From assembly GCA_946965045.2 (NCBI GenBank), contig OX337229.1, positions 1,178,001 to 1,242,000 of the forward strand: a stretch of DNA of 64,000 bases. Reading direction: 5' to 3'. Under the pieces are notes generated by a model. That model was given only the letters and a program-made list of their open reading frames with translations, was not told the origin of the DNA and ran no database searches. This DNA is from Epithemia pelagica (Eukaryota; Protista; Bacillariophyta). Positions 42,453 through 54,000 of the stretch are shown in pieces (the stretch's first letter is position 1; each line of letters starts with the position of its first letter). The translations under genes were made by a program, and so were the position numbers.

Positions 42453-43373
42453 GTGTTCGAATTCGATGCCAGCAATCTCAATCTTTTGAATGGCGGTGTT
42501 CCGGTTCCGGTTCCGTTCCCTGATGGTACAAATTTCTTCTACATCGCCGCGAACGTACAACCAAGTCCTGAAGAATCGCGGCCCAAATTCTTTCTCGTCT
42601 TTATTGGGATTGCGATTTTGTTGCTGCTTTTTGGATTGGTGGTCGGCAAATTGGACCTTCGGCGTACCTTGACGGCTGTTCCAGAAGAAACGAACCACAA
42701 CAACAAGTGCTTTCTCCTCACGTCTCAGCAAGGAGGCCAATCACACGTGCCAAACAAGGGCGCTTCTTTGACACAAGCGGATCAAACCTTGGAAGACTTT
42801 GTTGCTCGTATGGAGACTGGCCAAACGTTCTCGACCGATATACTCCGGTCTCTCTACACGTCATTGTTGTCCGGCCTTGTGGATGATTCAGCAAGTCAAG
42901 ACGGACTGGATATGGATTCAATGGTCCAAGATGCGATTGAATTTATTGATACCAACAAGGATGGTTCCATTGATACTTGGGAAATGGAGCATATCCAGCT
43001 CCCGGCCGGAAAATCAGGAAAGTTTTTGTTCGACGATGTAGTGGCCTGCACCGGTGTTGCAACTGGCGCCGAGGGCAGTGAAGCCGCTCTGGATGATCTC
43101 TGTATCACGGGGGACAATGTGGTGGATTTTGTCAACTTGTTTTTTGGTGGTTCTTCGGTAGTCAGTCCCGAATTGGCCCAACACATTCAAGAGGAGAGTG
43201 GAGCCGATACTTGTTTTACACGGACGGAATTTGAGAACTTGTTCCAGTCATCCTTGTCTGCCAACAACAACCAGACCTCCTTAGTGTCGGGTGCGAGTGT
43301 GACACTGTCCATGAATCCGTTCTCACTGGTGTTTGGGATTGGAATGGCCATGATGGTGTTTGGTCTCTCCTAA
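42453..43373 (+). CDS. EF-hand-containing protein with a hydrophobic (GPI-signal-like) C-terminus
   Basis: EF-hand loop DTNKDGSIDTWE and C-terminus SGASVTLSMNPFSLVFGIGMAMMVFGLS. The first in-frame ATG is only at 42810, so the 5' structure is unresolved. Confidence 0.55.
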   Translation: MFEFDASNLNLLNGGVPVPVPFPDGTNFFYIAANVQPSPEESRPKFFLVFIGIAILLLLFGLVVGKLDLRRTLTAVPEETNHNNKCFLLTSQQGGQSHVPNKGASLTQADQTLEDFVARMETGQTFSTDILRSLYTSLLSGLVDDSASQDGLDMDSMVQDAIEFIDTNKDGSIDTWEMEHIQLPAGKSGKFLFDDVVACTGVATGAEGSEAALDDLCITGDNVVDFVNLFFGGSSVVSPELAQHIQEESGADTCFTRTEFENLFQSSLSANNNQTSLVSGASVTLSMNPFSLVFGIGMAMMVFGLS

Positions 43374-44266
43374 GTGCTAGGTCAGCCACAGTCGAAGGAT
43401 CTACTATGTTGAATCTAATTCAGAAGTAACCATGTTTTTGTTTGTCTTCATGTTCCTGCCGTACAAGTATTTTGAAAAAGTTGAGTATAGGTTTCCTTGT
43501 TGATGGATAAGAGGGTAATACCTTACATTCCAGCAATGTCCAAGAGGTACGTCCTCGGCCTCATCCATGTTGCCCATGAATGCCTTCAAACACAAATAGT
43601 CACTATCATTGGCAAAAATCACAACATGATATTCATCGCTTTGAATGCCGGCACTACCATTGTCGTAGACAGGGAGATGAAGGACTCGCCTCTACTAGGT
43701 AGAGAGGTATTAGTGGTAGTGGATGAGCCCACATGAACTAGAGATTATGTGATGTTTGCAAAATTTCCCTGCTTTGAATGCGACATCATTCCTCTAGTTC
43801 ATAGCAAGGGAACCATGAATGGTTGGACTGGTTCCAAACTACTAAGCTCGCCAGAACTTATCTATCCCGCAAACATCCAAACGAGGGCGAAATCCTACGA
43901 TTACTATTGATGAGGAAAGGGTAGCTCGAGAAGCACCTTGCATTCGCTCGTGTCCCCATGACGATTCCACTTCCACCGAATACGAGTGGAGTGGAGTCGC
44001 TACCAGTAGTCGCTAGACGATAGCGAATGGTAGCGATGTTTTTGCCCCGCACTTTTCTGTTCCCCAACCAAAACCACAAGAGGAAGAGATATCTACGCAT
44101 TATTGCCGCCAAATTATGGGGGAATGAGAGAGAGAACATGGTCAGCATGATGGCGGCCAATGATTGATTTTGGATTGTTTTGCCATGGGCGAACCATGAA
44201 GAAACAACCACAAGGTCCTGCTGAGGAGGGTCGTTGACCATACGAACCGACATCATATACTCCTAA

Positions 44267-45661
44267 TCATTTTGGATCATTGTTGCTAAAAGAAAAAGAA
44301 GGAGAATGATCGAGGCTAGTCTTGTCCTTTTTGCCATGCCACCACATCTTGTTGTGATGCGGGTTCTTGTTCCACCACCACCTCTTAGGGTGACGCTGCA
44401 GCTGCTGGTTCGGCTCGGTTTGGTTCACCACCATTCTTCGATTACGGGATGAGTAGTACTCTGGAAAGGACCAGGCCAGGTCTGTGGAGTCCTTTCCTTG
44501 TGGTTTTTCTGGCAACTCGTGGAGGATTCGCATCAAGGCTTTTTTGTTTTGGGCCGTGGTACCCGTTTGTTGCAAGCGATCCAACACAATGTTGCGCAGA
44601 TTGCTGGACAAGGCTCGATCCAAGGCTTGCACGTGCAATTGTTCGACACCAAAGGTTTGAAACAACCAGGACCAACCCAAGGGAGGATCATGGTTTGTAC
44701 GAGTGTCTGTTTTGTGATTGTAGTACTTATTTGAATGGCGATTGCCTCGTCGTTTCCCACCCATGGCAGTAATACTCCTCACCCACGACGACGACGCCAG
44801 TGTCACGGCCCGCACGACAGCCACCTGTGTCGCCGCACCAGTCGGTGCTTGCAGGCGAGACCAACATTGAAACTGCACAAATTCACAGGGTGGCAATTGT
44901 CGCACCACTTGCGAGCGAGAAAGAAGAGTCGTTTTTGTGCTGACATGGCTGCTATGGCTGATAGGAGGATTCTCGGACAAAAAGGACCAGGACAATGATC
45001 CTCTTTCGGCATCCGTTTCGTCTCCCCGCCCACGATCTGTACTGCTCCTGCTTGTCCTGCGGCTGCTGCTTGTCGGCAAATGATGCGGCCAGGTTCCGAC
45101 ACCATAACCAATGGTAAAGGCAGCCGTCAGACACGAGGTCAAATACGAGGCTGTGGAAGAAACAATCCTGGAGTCAACGGAATGGGGCTTGTCGTCGTCC
45201 TCCTCTAAATCACGTTCTGGATGTGCATGTGTTGGAGGTCGTTTCTTGTCATAATTCCAAACATGAAAGCGACTAGCAGTACTCGAGGAACGATTCTCTG
45301 GAATGTCCTGTTGGTTCTTCTTTTTCTTCTTGCTGGTGTGCTGTTGTCGCTGGTGATGGTGGTTGTTTGGATGCAACCCTCCGTGCTTGTTTCCGTGATT
45401 GTTGCATTCGTGGATTGGGCACAGCCTCGGGCACGACCATTTTTCGTCCAGTCGTGGTCGTTGTGGCCGCTCGTCAATAATGACGCTGTGTGACTCAACG
45501 TTTGTCGCATGGCGGAAGGAGAAGAACGACCACGCGATCTTCGACTGCCACCACAGCTCCACGGTATCCACTCGAAGCAGCAGCACCGCCACCATTGTCG
45601 CCGACAACAGAAGCTGTGTCGTCGTCTTCTGACAGATACTTCCTTGATGCTTCAAAACCAC
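44267..45661 (-). CDS. Hypothetical or possibly decayed protein
   Basis: 464-codon ORF with a hydrophobic N-terminal segment and low-complexity stretches; no clear family motif. Confidence 0.35.
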   Translation of the reverse strand: MVLKHQGSICQKTTTQLLLSATMVAVLLLRVDTVELWWQSKIAWSFFSFRHATNVESHSVIIDERPQRPRLDEKWSCPRLCPIHECNNHGNKHGGLHPNNHHHQRQQHTSKKKKKNQQDIPENRSSSTASRFHVWNYDKKRPPTHAHPERDLEEDDDKPHSVDSRIVSSTASYLTSCLTAAFTIGYGVGTWPHHLPTSSSRRTSRSSTDRGRGDETDAERGSLSWSFLSENPPISHSSHVSTKTTLLSRSQVVRQLPPCEFVQFQCWSRLQAPTGAATQVAVVRAVTLASSSWVRSITAMGGKRRGNRHSNKYYNHKTDTRTNHDPPLGWSWLFQTFGVEQLHVQALDRALSSNLRNIVLDRLQQTGTTAQNKKALMRILHELPEKPQGKDSTDLAWSFPEYYSSRNRRMVVNQTEPNQQLQRHPKRWWWNKNPHHNKMWWHGKKDKTSLDHSPSFSFSNNDPK

Positions 45662-46094
45662 CCGTCTGATTGCCGTGTTTCAATTTCCGGGTCGTCCATC
45701 ATTCCTTGACCCGAATTGAATCTTTCTCCGTCGTTCCTCCGTTGTGATCTTTATCTTTCCATCGTTATCTGTCTCCATTGTTGATATTCTTGTCACGACT
45801 TTCCCTCATCACTCATCAAACTGGAAGACATTGCAAATGTAGTTGTAGCTCGATCAAACTATCCAACTCATCGCCGCCCTTTTCAACCTTCACGGTACAC
45901 TCCATTCTGAGGCATGCTTGATGGTCGGAGGAGTGCTAGCACCTTTCGTTGGAGGTGCACTGCGGCTTTACTGTTCATGGTGATGGTGGTGCTATTATGC
46001 AGTGGTGCGATCGTGAGCCGGGAGCTCGTAACGTCATTCAACGTCAAATTACAGGCTTCGACACAAAAAACGCTTGTGGTGGTCATAGATCGAT

Positions 46095-46374
46095 GGTTGG
46101 GAGTCTTTCATTATTACTAACGATACGTCAAGGGTGAGTCGCCACTCACATTTTACGCGGTTGGAGGTGCACCTCCAAATCATACCATGACTGACCATTA
46201 AAATAGTCATTGCTATATCATTGCCATATATATTTAACCGTTTCATCAACCGCCATGTTTGCTCAATTGTACTTTTTACTCTACTGTCCGTCCGTTTTCG
46301 GTACAGCTGGTCTTTCTGGAAATTCCCACCCCAGACCCCAAGCCTTACGGCCCACCCGTCCCGTTCATACTGAA
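46095..46374. repeat. ~280-bp direct repeat, copy 1
   Basis: Aligns to 46701-46980 at a constant offset of 606. I count 7 mismatches in the 249-bp core starting at 46126; the first ~30 bp are more diverged. Confidence 0.95.
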
Positions 46375-46700
46375 TTGAGCGATTGTGATATGTGTACTGA
46401 AATACAATATGAGTGCCAATCGAGAGATATAAGGGCTTCTGCTTTTATCGTATACCAATATGCTATTATCAATACCACATGCATCCTGGTCAGCAGAACG
46501 AACGAAGAAAAACAAAATTCATAATATATGCTTTCCTAGTCAATTTATAATTCTTTGTTGCTGTATGATGATAATATGAATTTAACTCTGCCGTTGTAGC
46601 GATTCATGCCCGTTATCGAGCACAGCAATTCTCTCTAACGTCTTGCTACCTGTTCCTACGAGCTTTCAAACAAAAAGTCTTGTTTCAGTCATTCCAGAAC

Positions 46701-46980
46701 GGTTGGGCGTCATACATTACTACTAGAGATTCGTCAAGGGTAAGTCCCCACTCACATTTTAAGCGGTTGGAGGTGCACCTCCAAATCATACCATGACTGA
46801 CCATTAAAATAATCATTGCTATATCATTGCCATATATATTTAACCGTTTCATCAACCGCCATGTTTGCTCAATTGTACTTTTTACTCTAGTGTCCGTCCG
46901 TTTTCGGAACAGCTGGTCTTTCTGGAAATTCCCACCCCAGACCCCAAGCCTTCCGGCCCACCCGTCCCGTTCATACTGAA
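46701..46980. repeat. ~280-bp direct repeat, copy 2
   Basis: Aligns to 46095-46374; contains the palindrome TTGGAGGTGCACCTCCAA at 46767-46784. Confidence 0.95.
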
Positions 46981-47204
46981 CTCAGACGAATACTAAGACC
47001 ACCCACATACGTAGTCCAACTCGATGAGAAAACGAACCTCTATGTTTCCTTCTAAGATATCACTAGTCCAAATATGAAAGTGATCTGTATCACGGCCGGT
47101 TCATGATGAGGTATTATCAAGAACGGACTTCTTCTAGGGCGACAAAGGCGGACGGCGGTACTATTTGAAACTCACATGCCCGATCCAAACAGGACATGGG
47201 CTTT

Positions 47205-47888
47205 TCACAAAAGATCGGCATCAGGATCTTCAGAGGGAACCATTTGCATATCGCCCAAAACCGAATCTGCTTGTTTGCTTCTGAGGTTTAGAAGATGTTG
47301 TTCTCGTTTACGACGTAAATTCCGGTAACACCGAAAACAAACCACACAGGATAATATTCCCAGTATAGGTATGGCAATAATCGCAATCGAGTTGTCGCCC
47401 AAGGAACTAGAACTTGATTCCGAGCTTGGAGATAAAGGGCCAGGTGAAGGAGCAGGAGTCGGAGAAAATGCTGGATTAAAGCCAGAAGGGGCGGGGGCAA
47501 ACGTCGGCCCAGGAGCGTTGTCGGCCAGCACACGATGGTTCCTGCTTGAGATAAAAGATGATGTGGTTCTTGCTCCCTGCTGGTCTTGTATGAGTTGGTC
47601 TTCAAAAGTCATCTTCTGTAATATGTCGCGACGGGGATACCGATGAAGAGGTCGCTGCCGTAGAAGATCTGTTGTTACGTTTCCGCCTTCGTCTCTTTGA
47701 TTTTCGCTGTCGTGCTTTGGGATGTTGGAGGGTAAAGAAGTGAAATTGAGTCGGCCACATATAAAAAATAGGTGAGCAGTACGGACGGCATCAGTTCTGT
47801 CCGCCGAGTCGTTGCATGGATCCTTTGTGCGACTGGGTAGGGTGACCAAGATTCCCCCCTTTGTCATGTTGCTGTCCCCCCGCTCCAT
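47205..47888 (-). CDS. Single-pass membrane protein with a Pro/Ser-rich stalk
   Basis: Stalk TFAPAPS...PTPAPSP, TM IAIIAIPILGILSCVVCF, basic stop-transfer RNLRRKR and tail VLGDMQMVP...LL. Confidence 0.7.
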   Translation of the reverse strand: MERGDSNMTKGGILVTLPSRTKDPCNDSADRTDAVRTAHLFFICGRLNFTSLPSNIPKHDSENQRDEGGNVTTDLLRQRPLHRYPRRDILQKMTFEDQLIQDQQGARTTSSFISSRNHRVLADNAPGPTFAPAPSGFNPAFSPTPAPSPGPLSPSSESSSSSLGDNSIAIIAIPILGILSCVVCFRCYRNLRRKREQHLLNLRSKQADSVLGDMQMVPSEDPDADLL

Positions 47889-48110
47889 GATTCCGAGAGT
47901 AATGGCGCCAGGGCAGTCGGTCGACCGTACCCTAGCGGGTAGGCGCGGCAGCTGGAAGAATAGACTATTCCCTTGTCATGTTCCATTTTTGTCTTACGTC
48001 AGTTCGGGTGCTTCGTGTACTGCCCCAGACGAGATGCACCGTTTATCTGTCAACCTTTTTGAGAATCTCGTCGATGTCATTTCGTTTGTCGAATCATCTT
48101 TGCCGCCACC

Positions 48111-48992
48111 ATGAAATTCACTGCCTTTGCACTCACAAGCCTTTTGTCTTCTGCTGCCGCCTTTGGCGTTGCTGTAAGTAATCTACTTTGTAAGCATTTT
48201 GATAAGTTGAGCTTTAATTTTGACTGATTTTTCTGCCGACTCCAGAAACAATCTCCTCGCACCAAAACGTCGTTGAACGTTTGGGGAGACAAAGACTACT
48301 TGATCGCCCCTTCCATCCTTTCTGCCGACTTTGCCCGTTTGGGAGAAGAAGTTGACAATGTGTTGGAAGCTGGTGCCGATGTTGTGCACTTTGATGTCAT
48401 GGACAACCACTACGTCCCCAACTTGACCATTGGTCCCATGGTGTGCAAGGCCTTGCGTGATCATGGTGTCACTGCTCCTATTGATGTACACTTGATGGTT
48501 TCGCCTGTCGATGCTGCCATCAAGGACTTTATTGATGCCGGAGCTTCGTACATCACATTCCACCCCGAAGCAACAAACCACGTCGACCGCTCCCTCCAAC
48601 TTATCAAGGCCGGTGGATGCAAAGCCGGACTTGTCTTCAACCCTGCCACTAGCCTTGACGCCGCCAAGTTTGTCATGGACAAGCTTGATATCATCCTTCT
48701 CATGTCTGTCAACCCTGGATTCGGTGGACAAGCCTTTATCCCGGCGACCTTGGACAAGGCTCGTGAAGCTCGTGCCATGATTGACGAAGCTGGAATTGAC
48801 TGCAGATTGGAAATCGATGGAGGTGTCAAGGTTGACAACATCAAGGAAGTCGCTGAGGCTGGTGTTGATATGATGGTTGCTGGTTCGGCGATCTTGAAGG
48901 CACCCCGCACGGTCGAAGCGTACAAGGAAACCATTGACCAGATGCGTGAACAATTGGCCCAAGTCAACAAACCAGAACTCGTGGAGGCTTAA
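48111..48992 (+). CDS. RPE: Plastid-targeted ribulose-phosphate 3-epimerase; exons 48111-48173 and 48246-48992
   Basis: Motifs [37 protein letters not shown] and EIDGGVK; bipartite presequence [19 protein letters not shown]; intron at 48174-48245. Confidence 0.95.
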
Positions 48993-49613
48993 GTTAGCAA
49001 CTCGGACTTTTTCAATGGATGCATCGGGTGGGTTGGAGCGCGAGCATAGAAACACAGCACGAACATTTTTACAAGACACATCGCCTCAAATGAATGTGCT
49101 TGCCTCCGCTATTTGGATAGAAATATGATTCGACCTAGTGCGCGGCGAAATCTATCAAACTAGGTATTAGTACTCGTGGATTACATTACGGCACAAGTCG
49201 TTTCATACACCCGTTCATATTTGATAGCTCATTTTCCCTTCCTCCAATGTGAACTGATGGGAGATTACAACATGAAATGCGCACGAATTTCTTCAGGTGA
49301 GGATCGCATTCTTGAAATACGTTTTCTGATAGACGAAAGGGTCCATGACAAAGAGAAAAGGCTAAATTCTAAATTTCATAGGATAATGGTTGTTTGGGGT
49401 TGGAAGCACAGATGACGAACTCTTAGGATGTTAATTAACAGGGACTCTAGAGAGCAATTCAAGATGCCAAGAACTTGAGCTACCAAAGAGATATGCAATC
49501 TGGCAAGACAAAGTTGTTCCGTTCCTAGTGTATATGATGATGATAGCTATCAAGAGACTTGAGTACACCCACAACAGCCGCATGATTCAGCGAGCAAGCT
49601 GTTGTTGTCGCGT

Positions 49614-50517
49614 CTAGGACTCCTTAGCCTTGGCCAAGGCAGAACCAGCGAGGGCGGAGACGACTGTCAATGGAACAAGCAAGAGTCCAGCGACGGATCC
49701 AGCCGGCAATCCAATCAAGGGGACTTGGGCGTCGGTGGCAATCAAGGCAGCTTCCAATCCTCCAAAGGTGGCAGCAGCCAAGTAAAAGGCAGGAGGTCCA
49801 GTGGCAAGAGCACCAGCCAAGACGGGAATCAACAAGGGAGCTCCTTCTACGGCAAGAGGAGCCACAAGGTTGACAATCAACTGTTGGTTGTTTCCGGCCA
49901 AGGACAAAAGGCCGTACTCTTCCAAAAGAGGCAAAAGCTCTTCAAGAGTGACAAGATCGACACCTTGTGCTTCCAACTTTGACAAAATGCCATTGTCCGC
50001 AGTGGCCTTGAGCAAATTCAATTCGCGAACACGTCGGATCACATTGTACTGTCGCACAAGAGAGCAAGAAGGCAGAAACCCACGTCGTGTCATGCTTTTA
50101 AGAAAACTGTCCTACTTTCTTTTCATATACATCCACATGCATGAACCAACCTACCTGACGGTTCAACATATTGTCCTCCTTGTAGGTGTTGATGAATTCC
50201 TTGTACTCGCCTTCTCCCTTCAAAAAGTCTGGCTGGTTTTCGTATCTGCGAACAACAATTCACTACAACGTGAGCACTTGGCAAACAAACGGTTCCAAGA
50301 ACGACTTCAAATTCATATGCAAATGCCGCGGCACACAACCACCAACAACATTGGACCACCATGGGACAACAACACAACAAGCATCCACGTACGTGTCCTC
50401 TCCCAAACCAAGGCCAAAGGACTCCCGCAATTGCGTTGTGGGTCGGGCCGCCGATTGGGTAGCAACATTGAAGGCATTGGCAAATGCCAAAGAAAGAGCC
50501 AGCACAAGGAACTTCAT
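49614..50517 (-). CDS. Plastid-targeted DUF1118-like membrane protein; exons 50517-50393, 50245-50155 and 50048-49614
   Basis: Presequence MKFLVLALSLAFANA-FN; two GT-AG introns restore the frame; VRELNLLKATADNGILSKLE motif and C-terminal TM helices. Confidence 0.8.
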
Positions 50518-51081
50518 GGTGATGGATAGATGTTGCGAGGATACCGAGGTTCAACTGCGTTTATCAGTGGACGTGGAATGGGCTTTGTTGGTCTGCTGGC
50601 CGGCGAGAACAAGAAGAGTGACGAGAGTGACGACAGAAGGTACCCGGAGATCAAAGAGCGTAAGCCGTTATCCCCCCACCTTTTCCATGTCAGCCCCACC
50701 CAATAAACCCTGGCGCCTCGCACAGCATTGGTGATATCTTTGACTCAAAAAAGTATTCTTTTTTGGTTTGTAAATTTTTGGAGAAAAACGCTACTCGACC
50801 AAAAGGATCTGATCCGTTGTTGACAATTTTTTGTTGTGTTGGTGGCAAGTGGCAACCGCTCTCTCTCTTGCAACTCTTTGCTGCATTGTTCGCTCTTGGT
50901 GAAAGCATGCTCCAAGAAATCGACCAGCACTCTCCTCAAAGATATCTTTGGTGATTGGCCTGTCTACTCATTCTCTGGCTGCACCTTTGCTGACCTTTAG
51001 GGCTTCATCGACCTTTCATCAACAACAAGAAGACTGGACCGTGCATCCACGCGTCCCACACACGCCCAACGACGCAACGCC

Positions 51082-54000
51082 ATGTATCCTTCCTACAATG
51101 CCAGACCTACCGAGCCCTATGGACAAGTCACTCCTCAAGTAACACAACGACGAGTGACCGAGACAACAACAACGACGACTTATGAGGGAGGAGTGGCAGC
51201 AACTGCACCCACCAGGGCTGCTTCTCCCTATTCGTCATCGTCGTCCTACATGGCTCAACCCAGTAATCAACCTCAACAATTACAACAACCTTCACCAAAT
51301 GTGGCTCCATCGTATACATCGAGTTCCACGGCAGGCTATGCCTCTCCCGATTATTCGTCGATCCCGTCCACCTCCTATTCGAGCATGAATCCCAATATTG
51401 CACGCAGTACAGCCAGTGCCAAACAGACACCCAATAGCCACCAAAAACAACCGAAACAGTGGTATCCCCACAATACCGTCACGGCCTGCTTCTGGATTCC
51501 CAGTCTCTGGTGTGTCGTCGTGCAAGGATTTGAATCCAGTACACCTCTCATTGGCTGTTTGTGTGTGGGATTGTTCTTGTATGCCATGGATTTGGCACAA
51601 TTACGACAAACCTTTTTGTTTGGAACGTGGATTTCGGTCTCTGTCTTGACCTTTTTGACGGGCTGGTTTGTCTTGATCGAAGACGAAGAAGGTGGTGATA
51701 GCAATGGAGGTGGTGGTGCCATTGTCTTGTTTTATTTGGTTCAAATAGCAGTCATGGCACTCTTGTTTTCCTGTGGAGCCTGTTGGGCTACTCTACAAGT
51801 CGAATGGCTCTCCACTGCAACCTGGATCAGTATGGAACAAACCCTTCATGCCCTGCTACCACTCGTGGCCTCTTCGATTTGTACCTATGGACTGGCCGAT
51901 GTACTGGAACGGGAATTTGGACAAGATACGGCAGCAACTCTCGGACCCTACCTCTTTGCCCTATTGATGGCCCTTGCCATGATGACGCTTGGACGAGCAG
52001 CAGCACGTCCATCATCGTCCAATGCCTGTGGATCGGCCACGGCAACGGCCAATGGGGACAAAGCCAGTGACACCAAATCTTCGTCGTCTTCCTTTATTGT
52101 CTCGTCGTCCATTGCCTTTGGTCATGTCGTCCTATTGTTGGTGGGTCCTCTCTTGATGCATTTGGCGACTTGCATTGGTCGCATTTTCAGCTTTTATGCG
52201 TCCGCCGATGACTTGTGCGACATTATCTTGATTGCGTCGGTTCCCTACTTGCTACAATATACCATTACCTGGTTGCACGAAACATCGTGGTTACCATCGC
52301 CCTATGCGACACCCAAGCTGGGCCATTCGGCCAGCCTCTCGGGAATTTTGCGGCCCACCGTGGTGGCCCTCATCGCATCCTTGGCGGCCCAACAACGCTA
52401 TTTGATCAATTTGTCACACGACTTTTCCTATTTGTTCATGGGTGCCAAATCACCCGCCTGGCTGATTTCACTGTACTTGACTGGTGCGACTGTGACTCTG
52501 ATTTTTACCATGAGTGTTTGGGGACGTGTCTCGACGGCTACCAACGAACCACTGTTTGGAGAATACCATGACGATGTTGTACAATTGTCACTTTCTCTGA
52601 CTGGACTGCTTCTGGGCAAAGGGGTGGGATTGCCATGGAATTTCACGCCTCTGCCCGTTTTGGCCTTCCTGGGACTTTCCTTGTGGCTCACGACAAGAAT
52701 GCTACGATATTTGAGTATCTTTCTTTTTGTCGTCCATGCCACTGGAGTCGTGGTCTTTACCTATCGGTTTGCGGGCATTGAAGAACCCATTTCACTTCCT
52801 TTTTGGAATCTCGAATTGAGTCTCATGCGATTTGCCTTGATGATTGTCTCCGCGTCTATATTGATTGGTCTCGTGACTGGAATTTCCGTTCGATCGTCGG
52901 GAGGATATGCCAATTCTTGGATCAAACGACTGGATGTCGCAGGAAGCGTCTTTATTCTTTACATGATTCTATTGATTGCTCTCGAGGTATCGCTCTTGAA
53001 ACGTCCGGTTCCGGCGTCTGAACTCGTTGGTGTCATGACGGATCAAGCCGAAAGCGACGACATGTTGTACGATCACTTTTGGGCCCTCGTCACCAGCGTG
53101 CTGTGTATTATACTAGCCGTCTTTATGCACCGTGTCAAAATCATATCCGGCAAGAGCTTTGGTATCCTTGTTTCGTTGGCACTCGGAAAGGCGGTCGCCG
53201 TGTACATTGACTCCGTGTCCATGTTCACCGTCCATAATTCCAAAAGCAAACAATCACCTCATGGGGAAGATGTCTTTTGGAGATCCTTGGTGGCGGCCGC
53301 ACTCTGTGTGGTCCTGTGTTACCCACGCTTTGTTCTTCAACCAGTTCATGTCAAGACTGCAGCTCGGTATCGACGGTCATTGGCCAATGGCAGTGGCAAT
53401 ACGCCGCTCCCACCCGGGTCCAACTATGCCGCCATTCTCTATGTGTTTGTCATTTTGCCCGTTTCACTGGCGTTGTCAACGCCCTATGTTCTCATCCCTC
53501 TCCTCAATGCCATCAAGTCCGATTTTCAGGGACCAGCGTACTACAGTGTTCACCCACCTGCATCCGAAGTACTCGGCTTTGCGCTTTCCCTGTGGGGAAC
53601 CGCTTCGCTCTTTATGCTGAATTACTATCTACCCGATGGAGGTGGTGAACTCTGGAAGAAGCTAGCAGCTCTGGGTTTCCTCTCTGGCATTGGTATCTTT
53701 TTCGCCGCTCCCACCATGGGCTTGGCAGGGGACGCCATGGCCAATCCCTATGCCTCCATATCCAGTGTGGGTGTTCAAGTGTTGAATCGCGGCAAAAGCC
53801 GAACCGGTGGCTGGGGACTGGTGGCGGCAGGGATTGCCACTCTTTTGGCTCTGACCGGTCCACTGGAGCTCAAGGAACGTCGGACAGATTCTGTACGAAG
53901 AGACAAACTATTACTGGTCCGGTCCATGATTTTTAGTATGCTGTTTGGAGGAGGGGTGGCGTGGTTTATCATTATGCAGAGCATGTCGGATGCACCGTGG

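Noticed and set aside
46564-46670. Box C-like ATGATGA plus CTACGAGCTTT (complementary to a conserved 18S segment) as a C/D snoRNA
   Set aside because: No CTGA box D follows the antisense element, and 11-nt matches to rRNA are expected by chance in 64 kb.
46095-46980. The direct repeats as LTRs of a TRIM/Copia element, or as SRP, RNase MRP or U snRNA genes
   Set aside because: There are no TG...CA termini, PBS, PPT or flanking TSD, and the hallmark motifs of those RNAs are not present in both copies.
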